This document shows, piece after piece, positions 38,778-48,237 of a stretch of 64,000 nucleotides of DNA. A program made the translations under genes and the position numbers. Every line of letters starts with the position of its first letter. Position 1 is the first letter of the stretch. This stretch comes from an uncultured bacterium (GTDB lineage: Bacteria > Patescibacteriota > Minisyncoccia > Phycocordibacterales > UBA6065), in NCBI GenBank assembly GCA_966243015.1, contig CBIMES010000001.1, positions 298,076 to 362,075 on the forward strand, read 5' to 3'. The notes under the pieces were generated by a model. The model made no database searches, was not told where the DNA came from, and saw only the letters and a list, made by a program, of their open reading frames with translations.

Positions 38778-39044
38778 ATGAACTACCCACCAGATCAGAT
38801 TGTAACCGTCAGCATACTCACAAGGGTTCTCGACGATAGATTTGGGGCCTTCGAATCAAAGATGATGGAGGGATTCGAGGCGCTCGAAAGGAAAATCGAT
38901 ATCGTTGACACCTCATCAATGGAAAGGCACGAAGCCCTCCTCAAGAAAATCGAAGCGGTCGGCAAAGAATCAGAACAACGAGACAAGTTGCTCAGCGCCC
39001 AGATAATGCACCTAACCATCACGAAAATGGACAAGGAGGATTAA
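38778..39044 (+). CDS. Small coiled-coil protein, dispersed paralog family
   Basis: FESKMMEGFEALERKID and LSAQIMHLTITKMD are shared with 54686 and 59852. Confidence 0.75.
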   Translation: MNYPPDQIVTVSILTRVLDDRFGAFESKMMEGFEALERKIDIVDTSSMERHEALLKKIEAVGKESEQRDKLLSAQIMHLTITKMDKED

Positions 39045-39322
39045 TCCTCCCACGCATCCTCGAGGCGCGTTGTGGCGCCTGTCGCATCCTTGGTGTAAAT
39101 AAAGAAATCCTGCTGCGCAGTCCTTCCCCGCACAACACATTTGATCCCCGCCTGAATGGGCAGGATTTTAAGACGCGGGTTCCCCGTCTTTACGGGCACG
39201 ATGACTGACAGGACGATCTTGGTGACGGAATCGAGGTCTTTGGCGACCTTAAGCACGCCTTCGGCCTCGGGTATGTAGGTCTGATGAGAGTCGCTGAACT
39301 TGTTGCCGCGCAGGAGGCTCAC
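39041..39322 (-). CDS. Hypothetical protein (DUF2103-like)
   Basis: SHQTYI, GIKCVVRGRTAQQDFFIYT pattern. Confidence 0.6.
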   Translation of the reverse strand: MSLLRGNKFSDSHQTYIPEAEGVLKVAKDLDSVTKIVLSVIVPVKTGNPRLKILPIQAGIKCVVRGRTAQQDFFIYTKDATGATTRLEDAWED

Positions 39323-39346
39323 GATGGCCGTTAAATTATGATGCGA

Positions 39347-41152
39347 TTACGAGAGCGTCGCCTTGATGCGTCGCACGCCAGCTGACACGGCCTCCTCCTT
39401 CTGGATCTTGAAGGTTCCGAGGGTTCCCGTGTTCTCGACATGAGGACCGCCGCAGAACTCTTTCGAAACAGCTGAACCCAGGTCATTGCCGATGTAATAG
39501 ACAGAGACGATGTCGCCGTACTTGTCGCCGAAGAAGTGAAGGGCGCCCGTCTGCTCGGCCTCTGCCTTTGGCATCTCGACGCGATGCACCGGAAGCTTCG
39601 CCTGAATGTTTGCGTTCACGATGTCCTCAACCCTCTTCTTCTCCTCGTCGGTCATTTTGGCGCCATGAGTGAAGTCAAAGCGAAGTCGCTCGGGAGTAAT
39701 GTTCGAACCCTTCTGCGATACGTGGGTACCAAGCACCTGGCGAAGGGCCTGATGGAGGAGATGCGTTGCAGTGTGGTACCTGAGAGACATCTCGGAGGTG
39801 TCACCAAGGCCGCCCTTGAACTTCTGCTCCGCGCCCGCGCGAGAGAGGTCCTGGTGCTTCTTAAACTCGGCGTCGAACGACTCACGATCAACGGCAAGGC
39901 CCCTCGCCTTGGCGAGCTCGATGGTCATGTCGATAGGAAATCCGTAGCTCGAGAACAGGGTGAATGCGTCTACACCTGAGACAGAGCCCGATACCTTTGA
40001 CACTATCTTGTCGAACTCCTTAACGCCCTGTTCGAGAGTCCTGCCAAACTTTTCAGACTCCTTGGCAATCTCATCGACGATAAAGGCTCGCTGCGCGTCC
40101 ACGTTCGGATATGCCTCCTTGAAGGTCTCGGCGAGATGGCTCACGAGCCTCTCGATCGACGATCGCTCGAACTTCTTCGCGTCGGTATTGAACACCATGC
40201 GCCTGATAATGCGGCGCAGGACGTATCCCTGGTCGGTGTTCGCCGGCACGACGCCGTCCGCAATCATGAAGGTCGCGGTGCGGATATGGTCGGAGATGAT
40301 GCGCTGTCGGCGGAGGTCGGACGCGAGGGTCGCGGCAATGGCCATAATCGGCGCGAAGATATCGGTATCAAAAACATTCGTCTTGCCCTGAAGGACTGTG
40401 CAGATACGCTCGTATCCCGAGCCGGTGTCGACGTTCTTGGTGGCGAGCTTGCCGATGATTTTGCCGTCGCGCTTCTCGAACTCCATGAACACGTCGTTCC
40501 ACACCTCCACGACCTTCTGAGCGTCGTCGGCAGCCTTGTACTCGGCCAGCGTCATGCCCTCGGTGAGAGTACCAGTGAGATCATAGAACATCTCCGAGCA
40601 CGGGCCCGTAGGTCCGGTCCAGGTGTCCTTGCCCTTCACTGCCGGCCACCAGTTCGAGTCGGCGCCGAGATAGTAGATGCGCTCGCCCGCCACGCCGTCC
40701 TTGGCGAAGAGATCCGCCCACACTTTCGCGGCCTCATCGTCGCGAGGGACGCCGTTTGCCTCGTCGCCGGCGAAGACCGTGACGTAAAGACGTCGTGGGT
40801 CAAGACCAAAGCCCTCGGTCTTTGAGGTGAGGAGCTCGTAGCTCCAGGTGATCGCCTCTTTCTTGAAGTATGATCCAAGCGACCAATTGCCCATCATCTC
40901 GAAAAAGGTCAGATGCGTGTTGTCGCCGATATCGTCGATGTCGCCGGTGCGAACGCACTTCTGGAAGTCGGCGAGCTTGTCGCCCTGGGGATGCGGTCGA
41001 CCCATGAGGTACGGCACAAGCGGCTGCATGCCGGCCGTGTTGAAGAGCACGGTCGGGTCGTTCTCGGGCACGAGAGGGGCCGATGGCAGGATGGCGTGGC
41101 CGCGCGCCGCGAAGAAGGCCAGGAATCGCTTGCGTACTTCTGCTGATGTCAT
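39347..41152 (-). CDS. alaS: Alanine--tRNA ligase (lacks C-Ala domain)
   Basis: LFNTAGMQP, HLTFFEMMGNWS, VDTGSG; editing domain HTATHLLH..EFCGGPH; ends GVRRIKA. Confidence 0.98.
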   Translation of the reverse strand: MTSAEVRKRFLAFFAARGHAILPSAPLVPENDPTVLFNTAGMQPLVPYLMGRPHPQGDKLADFQKCVRTGDIDDIGDNTHLTFFEMMGNWSLGSYFKKEAITWSYELLTSKTEGFGLDPRRLYVTVFAGDEANGVPRDDEAAKVWADLFAKDGVAGERIYYLGADSNWWPAVKGKDTWTGPTGPCSEMFYDLTGTLTEGMTLAEYKAADDAQKVVEVWNDVFMEFEKRDGKIIGKLATKNVDTGSGYERICTVLQGKTNVFDTDIFAPIMAIAATLASDLRRQRIISDHIRTATFMIADGVVPANTDQGYVLRRIIRRMVFNTDAKKFERSSIERLVSHLAETFKEAYPNVDAQRAFIVDEIAKESEKFGRTLEQGVKEFDKIVSKVSGSVSGVDAFTLFSSYGFPIDMTIELAKARGLAVDRESFDAEFKKHQDLSRAGAEQKFKGGLGDTSEMSLRYHTATHLLHQALRQVLGTHVSQKGSNITPERLRFDFTHGAKMTDEEKKRVEDIVNANIQAKLPVHRVEMPKAEAEQTGALHFFGDKYGDIVSVYYIGNDLGSAVSKEFCGGPHVENTGTLGTFKIQKEEAVSAGVRRIKATLS

Positions 41153-41238
41153 AGTGAGCACATACTATCGCAAAACGGTTTTTTTTCAAAAAGCCCCAAA
41201 GAAAAGCCCCGTCGCTGGACGGGGCTCGAGACAATCAG

Positions 41239-41787
41239 TCACATGAAGAAGATGAACCGGGACCTCGGCCAAGGCGCCCGAAACACCTTCCTGTACATGG
41301 ACCTGACAACGCATTCCTGCCGGGGCGACGGGACGCACGATTTGAGATACACGCAGCAGAGCATGCCGAAGGCAAACACAGACGTGATGACAGGGACAAT
41401 GCTGAGGGTAAGTATCCCAGGCACCATAAGGAGAAGGTAGGTCATGAGCCACATGAGCCTTTTCTGGAAGGCCCGCGCCTCGCTGTCCATCCGTTCCCGG
41501 TGAGTCTGCTTTTCCTGCGGCTTGTGCCGCATCGCCATCGAATCCCTAATCTCGCCGAGGATCGCCGCGCTGAAGATCATGGTCCCACACATAAACAGCG
41601 GAAACGTGACCCGGACCATTCCCGTCCTTGCCGCTGCCATAAGAAGGCCGTAATAGGTCAGAAAACCGACACATGCGCAGAGGGACGAGAGCGTGACGCA
41701 GTTAATGCCCGTGAACCGATAGACCTGATTCGAAAAACACTGTGCGCAGTGTCGCAGATAGTCGTCAACGTAGTCGATGATGTTCAA
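41239..41787 (-). CDS. Hypothetical membrane protein
   Basis: About 4 hydrophobic helices, AGGAGG RBS upstream and a terminator hairpin at about 41202-41227. Confidence 0.65.
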   Translation of the reverse strand: MNIIDYVDDYLRHCAQCFSNQVYRFTGINCVTLSSLCACVGFLTYYGLLMAAARTGMVRVTFPLFMCGTMIFSAAILGEIRDSMAMRHKPQEKQTHRERMDSEARAFQKRLMWLMTYLLLMVPGILTLSIVPVITSVFAFGMLCCVYLKSCVPSPRQECVVRSMYRKVFRAPWPRSRFIFFM

Positions 41788-41875
41788 GGAACACCTCCTT
41801 TCTTAAGTTATATGGGTTGTGGTTGAGAGGTTTGATACCAAAGTACACCCGACTTCCCTTCCCGTCAAAGCCCGC

Positions 41876-43636
41876 CTACGGCCTCTTGGCGGCAAGCCTC
41901 TCCAGCCGCTCAATGTCGGCCTCTATCGAGGCAATTCCCGCCTTCCAGAACTCTGGCTTGGTGACGTCGATGCCGACCGACTTGAAGATAGCCTCGGGCG
42001 AGGCCGAGCTTCCCGCGGACATGAACGCGTTGATCTTGGCGAGATATGATGGGTCTTTCTTATAGTTGGCGTAGAGGGCCTTGGATACGAGCTGGCCAAA
42101 GGCGTACGAGTACACGTAGAAGAAGCGGCGAATGTGACTCCAGTACGTAAAGAAGTCTCCGTCCTCAGGCCTGAGGTCGAAAATTGGCCCCAGATACGCG
42201 CCCAGGTGGAGATTCATGGCATCGCGGAGCTCTTCGCGGGTCATAGCCCCCTTCTCGCGAATAGTCTTGTGCATTTCCACCTCAAAGTTGAAGCACGCAA
42301 TCTGCCTGAAGATGGTCATCACATCGTCATTGATCTTGTTGTGGAGGGCCGCAGCCTTCTCCTTGTCCGACATTTTCTCGAAAAGGGCGTCGAAGACAAA
42401 GGCCTCGAAGAGGGTGCTCGCGACTTCCGCGGTTGAGGTGGAGTAACCCTGATACAAGGCGCCCTGCGATTTCGAGAGCTCCGTGTGAATGGCGTGACCC
42501 ATCTCGTGCGCGAAGGTCGAGACCTGGTCCATGGTGTCAGTATAGTTCAAGAGAACGTAGGTCGGGGTGTTGAGATTGCCCGAGCAATAGGCGCCGCCGG
42601 TCTTTCCCTTCCTGGGAAGAACGTCTATCTGGCCGTTCTCGAGATATGAGTCGAGGATGTCGAGGTACCTCTTGTCGACGCAGCCGAACACCTCGCGGAG
42701 TATCTTGACCGCCTCGTCGAACGAAACCTTCTTAACGTTCGACTCGATGCCCGCGTTTCGGTCTGGATAGCGGAGGACTTTAAGGCCGAGCAGTTTTGCC
42801 TTCACCTTATGGAAACGATGGGCGACGGGAAACGCCTTGGTCACGGCGTCGACGAGGGCCAGGACGCTCTTGCGATCGTTCTGATAGCTCAGGATAGTGG
42901 CATCGTAGACCTCCTTGTAGCCGCGAAGCTCGTCATTGATCTTCTTGTCAGTCACCACGGCATTGAGCTCGTTCGTGGCGATTTCGGCAAACGAGCCGAG
43001 CGTCTTCATGAGCGACTCGTGTAGCTGATGCCTCTCTGGAATCGGAAGGTCCCCGATGAGATTCATCGCCCGCGAGACGGGAATGCCCTCCCCCTTCCAC
43101 TCGACCGACGCCTTGCTTATGAGCCTGTCAGTGCCGCTCACCCACTGCTCGTACGACGGTATGCCCTTGAGCTTCAGGATTGACTCCTCGGCCTCGGACA
43201 GATTGTGTCGGGCGCGGTCAAAGACGGTCTTAAGGAAATACCTGAAAGAACCAAGCCTCTTCGAGGCAAGAAACCTCCTCTGGGTCTCCACGGGAATCTT
43301 GGCGAGGGCGAGCTCGAAGAAGATGATGTGCCTGTCGTTCTTCGCGTAACGCTCGGAGAGCTGGGTTGAGCGCGCCTGGGCGACAGAGTCATCGCTGTTG
43401 AGGTCCTTGGCGTAATAGAAGTACATGATGGGACGGGCGATGCGCGTCTCGGCGAACAGCGCCTCATAGTCAGAAAGCGCCGCGAGAAGCTTCCCCTCGC
43501 TCTTGAGCCAGTCAGTCTTGCCCCGGTACTTCTTCTCGAACGCGGCAAAGGCTCGCTCGCCGGCGCGAACGTCCTTCTCTATCTGCGGGTCGTCGTATCC
43601 TTTGTACAGCAGGCCGAGGTTCCAGGTCGTTTTCAT
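41876..43636 (-). CDS. pepF: Oligoendopeptidase F (M3B)
   Basis: WNLGLLY, GKTGGAYC, HEMGH, AEVAS and FYVYSYAFG. Confidence 0.93.
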   Translation of the reverse strand: MKTTWNLGLLYKGYDDPQIEKDVRAGERAFAAFEKKYRGKTDWLKSEGKLLAALSDYEALFAETRIARPIMYFYYAKDLNSDDSVAQARSTQLSERYAKNDRHIIFFELALAKIPVETQRRFLASKRLGSFRYFLKTVFDRARHNLSEAEESILKLKGIPSYEQWVSGTDRLISKASVEWKGEGIPVSRAMNLIGDLPIPERHQLHESLMKTLGSFAEIATNELNAVVTDKKINDELRGYKEVYDATILSYQNDRKSVLALVDAVTKAFPVAHRFHKVKAKLLGLKVLRYPDRNAGIESNVKKVSFDEAVKILREVFGCVDKRYLDILDSYLENGQIDVLPRKGKTGGAYCSGNLNTPTYVLLNYTDTMDQVSTFAHEMGHAIHTELSKSQGALYQGYSTSTAEVASTLFEAFVFDALFEKMSDKEKAAALHNKINDDVMTIFRQIACFNFEVEMHKTIREKGAMTREELRDAMNLHLGAYLGPIFDLRPEDGDFFTYWSHIRRFFYVYSYAFGQLVSKALYANYKKDPSYLAKINAFMSAGSSASPEAIFKSVGIDVTKPEFWKAGIASIEADIERLERLAAKRP

Positions 43637-43666
43637 ATACGTATGCAATGCGGTTAATCTGGCGAT

Positions 43667-44269
43667 TTACTTGTAAGGGATCAGGGCCTTGAAGTCCTCG
43701 ATCAGCGCAGGCTTCATGGAACCATTGTAGAGCGCGACGGCGGGATGGTACAAGGCGACGACCGTCACGGGACCGTAGGACGCCTGGCCCTGGAACGTCT
43801 TGCCGTGGATCTTCGAGACGGGCTGAAGCACGGCCGAAAGACCATACTTCTCGAAGATGAATTTCATCGAATGCCTGCCGAGCGTGGCAATGACCCGAGG
43901 CTTGATGATGTCTATCTGACGCTCGAGAAAGGGCGCGTAGAGGGCGATTTCAGACGGCTCTGGGTCACGATTGCCCGGTGGCCTGTCTTTGACCAGATTG
44001 GTGATATAGACGGACGGTCGGTCCATGCCAATCGAGACAAGCAGCTCGTCGAGCAGCTTTCCCGAGCGCCCGCAGAACGGCCGCGCTGTTTTCGCCTCAG
44101 TCTCGCCCGGGGCCTCGCCGACGAACATGATATGGGCGGAGTGACTCCCCTCGCCTATGACGGGAAAGTACTTGTTCTCGGTGCGGTAGCCGTAGAGTGG
44201 CGAGTCTGCGAGGGCGAGAAGCTCGTCTCTGATTGCCTTGAGCCGTTCCGTGTTCTCGGATGTGTCCAT
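43667..44269 (-). CDS. Uracil-DNA glycosylase family 4 (cysteine ligands absent)
   Basis: VGEAPG, PFCGRSG, YITNLVKDRPPGNRDP and YHPA. Confidence 0.93.
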   Translation of the reverse strand: MDTSENTERLKAIRDELLALADSPLYGYRTENKYFPVIGEGSHSAHIMFVGEAPGETEAKTARPFCGRSGKLLDELLVSIGMDRPSVYITNLVKDRPPGNRDPEPSEIALYAPFLERQIDIIKPRVIATLGRHSMKFIFEKYGLSAVLQPVSKIHGKTFQGQASYGPVTVVALYHPAVALYNGSMKPALIEDFKALIPYK

Positions 44270-44285
44270 CGCCTTAGGAAAAAGG

Positions 44286-45119
44286 TTACGAGCAGACCGA
44301 CTCAATCTCCTCCATGACGGCGGGGATCTTCTTGGCATCGATGCCAAGAGTGGTCAGGACGTCGGCGCGGGCCTTCACGTCCTTGCAGAGGATGAGGCCC
44401 GCGCCGAGAAGGGCGTGCTTCTCTACCTGCGAGAGCGTCGTGAGAGCGGTCAAAGGGTGAAGGTTTGCGTCGGCGATGAGCTCTTCGAGATTTCCCTTCT
44501 CAGGATAGTTCCAGCCAACAAGGCCGAGACCCTGGCACTTGGCGTAGCGAATGGCGTGATCCGTGAACTTGGTGTTAGTGAAGAGGTGCCACGAGGTGAG
44601 TTTCCTCTTCTTGCCGCCGAACTCGAAGGTCTCCGTCTTTAGGTCATCGAAGCGGGCCTTCACATAGAGGGCAACCTTGAGGTCCGACTTGAGACCGGGC
44701 TCGTTGTGGAACTTCGCCTCGACCATGACGAGCTCGTCGCCCTTCCAGGCGACCACGTCCATCTCGTGCTCGACGCACTTGCCGTACACGACCTGACCGG
44801 TCAGGGCCTCGTAGCCCTGAGCCTTGAAGATCTCGGCGACGAACTTCTCGAAGGGAAAGCCGTTGGGACCAAGATCTGAGACCGCGCGCTTCATCGAGTA
44901 CCTGACGGCCATCGGCTTCGACGAGGTGCGGAGGAGGTCAAAGGCGTGTCGGTAGATGTCGTTGGTCGTGATGCCGTCGACGAGCTCGGCCTCGATATGG
45001 TTGGTGATGTGGCTCGCCTGCTCGGTGGTCGCACCGGCGCCGCGAAGCGAGCTGACGAGCTTGGATGGGTCAAACGGCTCTCGCTGGCCGTTGAGCTTGG
45101 TTACCAGTATCTGTGACAT
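44286..45119 (-). CDS. ATP-cone domain fused to Mrr-like PD-(D/E)xK endonuclease domain
   Basis: N-terminal VTKLNGQREPFDPSKL (ATP cone); GFPFEKFV, EMDVV..MVEAK and TNTKFT. Confidence 0.85.
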   Translation of the reverse strand: MSQILVTKLNGQREPFDPSKLVSSLRGAGATTEQASHITNHIEAELVDGITTNDIYRHAFDLLRTSSKPMAVRYSMKRAVSDLGPNGFPFEKFVAEIFKAQGYEALTGQVVYGKCVEHEMDVVAWKGDELVMVEAKFHNEPGLKSDLKVALYVKARFDDLKTETFEFGGKKRKLTSWHLFTNTKFTDHAIRYAKCQGLGLVGWNYPEKGNLEELIADANLHPLTALTTLSQVEKHALLGAGLILCKDVKARADVLTTLGIDAKKIPAVMEEIESVCS

Positions 45120-45190
45120 GGGGCTAGTATATCAAATGTGGGAAAAGAAAAAGGCCGCACCTTACGGTGCGGCCTGAACCGAGAGAAGAC

Positions 45191-45886
45191 CTATCCAGCC
45201 TCCGAAACGCTGGGAGACGCCAATACCATGAGCATCTCCTCGTCCTCTGTTACGAGGCCAAACGATCCGAGAAGACGGAGGTCACCCCTGAACTCCCGCA
45301 GGGCCTCCGTGTGCGCGGCCTTGATACCAGAGAGCTGGGTCTCAATCCCAAAGAGCTCATGCCCCTGAGCGCCGCCCGCGCGACGCTCGTCATACTGAGC
45401 CTGAAGCCTGTCGACCCCGTCTTTGAGCACGACGATCTTGCCTGCCGCGGCCAGCATCCTGTCGCGACAGTCCTCCTTCAGGTAATGGAGGCTCGTCTTC
45501 GCAGGGATCAGGTAACCAGACTCCCTAAGGGCGTCGAGGCGCTCGAGCTCGTCCTCCGTCCTCTCGTCGAGGAACACGAACGGCTTGAAGAACGCCGTCC
45601 TGAGATACACCGCGATTCCCAGGGTCAGGCACGAGAACATGGCAACAAGTATCAGAACAATATCGAGCCATCGTATGTCGACGACTTTCGCCCACAGGAA
45701 CACCGAGCCCGACGCGAGGGCGCCGAGGGCCAGCGCCACGAGGAGATATCTGCGACGCTCCTCAATAGTCTCGTGGGCCTCCTTGACGAAGGCCCTGAGC
45801 TGATCGCTGAAAAGATAGTCCGGAAAGAGGACTACCAGAGAGACGAATTCGCTAACGTGCATTCTTCCTTGGCTTGCATCCTTCAT
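45191..45886 (-). CDS. Hypothetical membrane protein
   Basis: Two TM helices and a helical C-terminus; terminator at about 45147-45175. Confidence 0.6.
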   Translation of the reverse strand: MKDASQGRMHVSEFVSLVVLFPDYLFSDQLRAFVKEAHETIEERRRYLLVALALGALASGSVFLWAKVVDIRWLDIVLILVAMFSCLTLGIAVYLRTAFFKPFVFLDERTEDELERLDALRESGYLIPAKTSLHYLKEDCRDRMLAAAGKIVVLKDGVDRLQAQYDERRAGGAQGHELFGIETQLSGIKAAHTEALREFRGDLRLLGSFGLVTEDEEMLMVLASPSVSEAG

Positions 45887-46025
45887 GTGTGTGAACCTTC
45901 TCCGGCAACGCCGGATTCTGCCTTCCTCGGACGATCTGGACGAATCGCCTCAAAGAAAACAGCGCCGTACTTGGGATGTTCGGGCGCAGAATGACTATTC
46001 TTACTATATTATATCACAAATTACC

Positions 46026-47108
46026 TTAGTTTACAATACCTCCGCCCACACAGACCTCGCCGTCGTAGACCACGACGGACTGACCCGCCTGGGCGACGAC
46101 GGGGGCATCGAAGGAGAGCTCGGCGCCGTGAATCGACACGGAGGCGAATGAGCACGGGAGCAGGTCCCCGAGATGCCTGACTCTCGCCGCATACTTCTTC
46201 CCCACATGAGGAACCTCCCCCATCCAGTTTGCCGCCACGAGCGAGACGGTGAATCTCTCGGCGGACAGGGTTCCGTCTGGCGCCCTGTGCGACACCGTGA
46301 CGGTATTCGCGCCGATGTCCCGATCGACGACATAGTACGGCGTATCCCCAGGCGACTTCTCGGTCACGGTGAAGCCTCGCCTCTCGCCCATCGTCAGGAA
46401 CACGGCACCGTCATGATGGCCGATGACCTTACCAGCCTCGTCGAGCACGTCACCGCGCCGAGACTCGATATAGTGACCGAGGAACTCCTTCATGTCCACC
46501 TTGCCGACGAAGCACAGTCCCTGGCTGTCACGCTTTTCGGCAACGGGCAGCCTGAACTTCCGCGCCAGCCTGCGGGTCTCGCCCTTATCCATGTCACCCA
46601 CGGGAAACATGACCTTCGCAAACCTCTCGGCAGAGAGCTGCCAAAGGAAATACGACTGATCTTTGCCCTGATCGCGACCGACAAGCAGCCTGGCGCCAGA
46701 AACGCCATGAGGTTCGGTCTCAACGCGCGCGTAATGACCCGTCGCGACAAAGTCAGCGCCCTGTGCCATGGCCCAGTCATAGAAGCCGCCGAACTTCACG
46801 TGACGATTACACATCACGTCGGGGTTCGGAGTCCTTCCCGCCCTGTACTCGGCGATCATGTAGTCAACAACCTCCCTCTTGTACTCAGCCTCAAGGTCGA
46901 TAGTCACGAAGGGAATGTCCAGGACGGCGGCGACCCGCATGGCGTCGAGCCTATCCTCGCGCCAAGTGCATTCCATCCAGTCCGGCTGCCAGACCTTGAT
47001 GAACACCCCCGTCACGTCAAAGCCTCGCTCCTTGAGGAGAGCCGCGGAAACCGATGAGTCAACCCCGCCGGACATGCCGACGAAGACTTTTTTTCGCGAT
47101 GGCTTCAT
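46026..47108 (-). CDS. mnmA: tRNA-specific 2-thiouridylase MnmA
   Basis: MSGGVDSS, TPNPDVMCN, ATGHYA, KDQSYFL and DSQGLCF. Confidence 0.98.
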   Translation of the reverse strand: MKPSRKKVFVGMSGGVDSSVSAALLKERGFDVTGVFIKVWQPDWMECTWREDRLDAMRVAAVLDIPFVTIDLEAEYKREVVDYMIAEYRAGRTPNPDVMCNRHVKFGGFYDWAMAQGADFVATGHYARVETEPHGVSGARLLVGRDQGKDQSYFLWQLSAERFAKVMFPVGDMDKGETRRLARKFRLPVAEKRDSQGLCFVGKVDMKEFLGHYIESRRGDVLDEAGKVIGHHDGAVFLTMGERRGFTVTEKSPGDTPYYVVDRDIGANTVTVSHRAPDGTLSAERFTVSLVAANWMGEVPHVGKKYAARVRHLGDLLPCSFASVSIHGAELSFDAPVVAQAGQSVVVYDGEVCVGGGIVN

Positions 47109-47134
47109 GGCCTCTGTATACACCAAAAGAACCC

Positions 47135-48232
47135 CTATCTCAAATACCTTTCCTTGTTCGCCACGTGCCCGTCATGGGTCGCGGCATAGCGCATGACGCC
47201 GTCATTATCCGTCAGATAGTAGAAATACTGCGAGGCAACAGGCGTAACGGTTGCCCTAATCGAATCAAGCCCGGGATTCGAGATCGGCCCCGGCGGAAGC
47301 CCCCTGTTCACGTACGTGTTGTACGGGTTCTCAATCTTGAGATCGTCGAGGGTGAGGTCAGAGCTCGCCGACTTTCCATTCACCTTGGCAAAGGCAGCGT
47401 CCACCTGCAGAGGCATGTCGATCGAGAGACGCTTCCAGAGTATGCCCGCGATCATGCGGCGCGACTCCTCGGTGCGAGCCTCGTCCTCGATGATCGACGC
47501 CATGGTAATGACATCCTTGATGGGCTTGCCGAAAGCCTTGATCTCAGACTCGAGGGCGACGATACGACGCTGGTAGTTGTCAGTCATGGCCTTGAGCACC
47601 TGCTCGGGCGCGACGTTCGGCAGGAAGAGATACGTGTCGGGGAAAAGGTAACCCTCGTACGGCGAGGCAATCCTCAGGAACTCGTCTGCGTCAAAGGTGT
47701 TAAACGTCTCGCCGAGGCGCACGGCGATCTCCTCCACGTTCAGACCCTCGGGAATGGTCACGCGCACGTTCTCGAGTCCATATTGGCCGCGAGAGAGCCT
47801 CCAGGCGATGCCGATGACGCCCTGCTTCTCGGGAAGATAATAGTCTCCGGCGGCAAGACCCTTGCTGCCGGCAAAGAAGGTCAGGAATGCCTTGAAGAGG
47901 AACGGGGACCTGATGATCTCCTGGGCGTCGAGTCCTCGGGCCGCCCCCGAGAGCGTCTCCCCCTTCTCCACGACAAACACCTCTCCGACGGGAAAACCTC
48001 CCGGCGCAGAAGCCGCGAAGCCGAAAGACGCGAGGGCAAGAGCAAAAAGGGCGAGACCCGCGACGATAACACGTCGCGGAGACAGGGACGAAGGCAGTCG
48101 ATGCCACCACTTCGGCGCGGGAAGCTCGAGGTGTCGCTCCGCCTCGGCGGGCATCGCGGGAGCGACCGAGTCCGAGACGCGAGGAGGAATCGGATCTGGG
48201 CTCTCCGGTATGTAGTTCAGAGGTTCGTCCAT
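47135..48232 (-). CDS. mltG: Endolytic transglycosylase MltG
   Basis: TM anchor, VTIPEG, EGYLFPDTY, ASIIEDE, LQVD and NPYNTY..GLPPGPI. Confidence 0.95.
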   Translation of the reverse strand: MDEPLNYIPESPDPIPPRVSDSVAPAMPAEAERHLELPAPKWWHRLPSSLSPRRVIVAGLALFALALASFGFAASAPGGFPVGEVFVVEKGETLSGAARGLDAQEIIRSPFLFKAFLTFFAGSKGLAAGDYYLPEKQGVIGIAWRLSRGQYGLENVRVTIPEGLNVEEIAVRLGETFNTFDADEFLRIASPYEGYLFPDTYLFLPNVAPEQVLKAMTDNYQRRIVALESEIKAFGKPIKDVITMASIIEDEARTEESRRMIAGILWKRLSIDMPLQVDAAFAKVNGKSASSDLTLDDLKIENPYNTYVNRGLPPGPISNPGLDSIRATVTPVASQYFYYLTDNDGVMRYAATHDGHVANKERYLR

Positions 48233-48237
48233 GGTGG

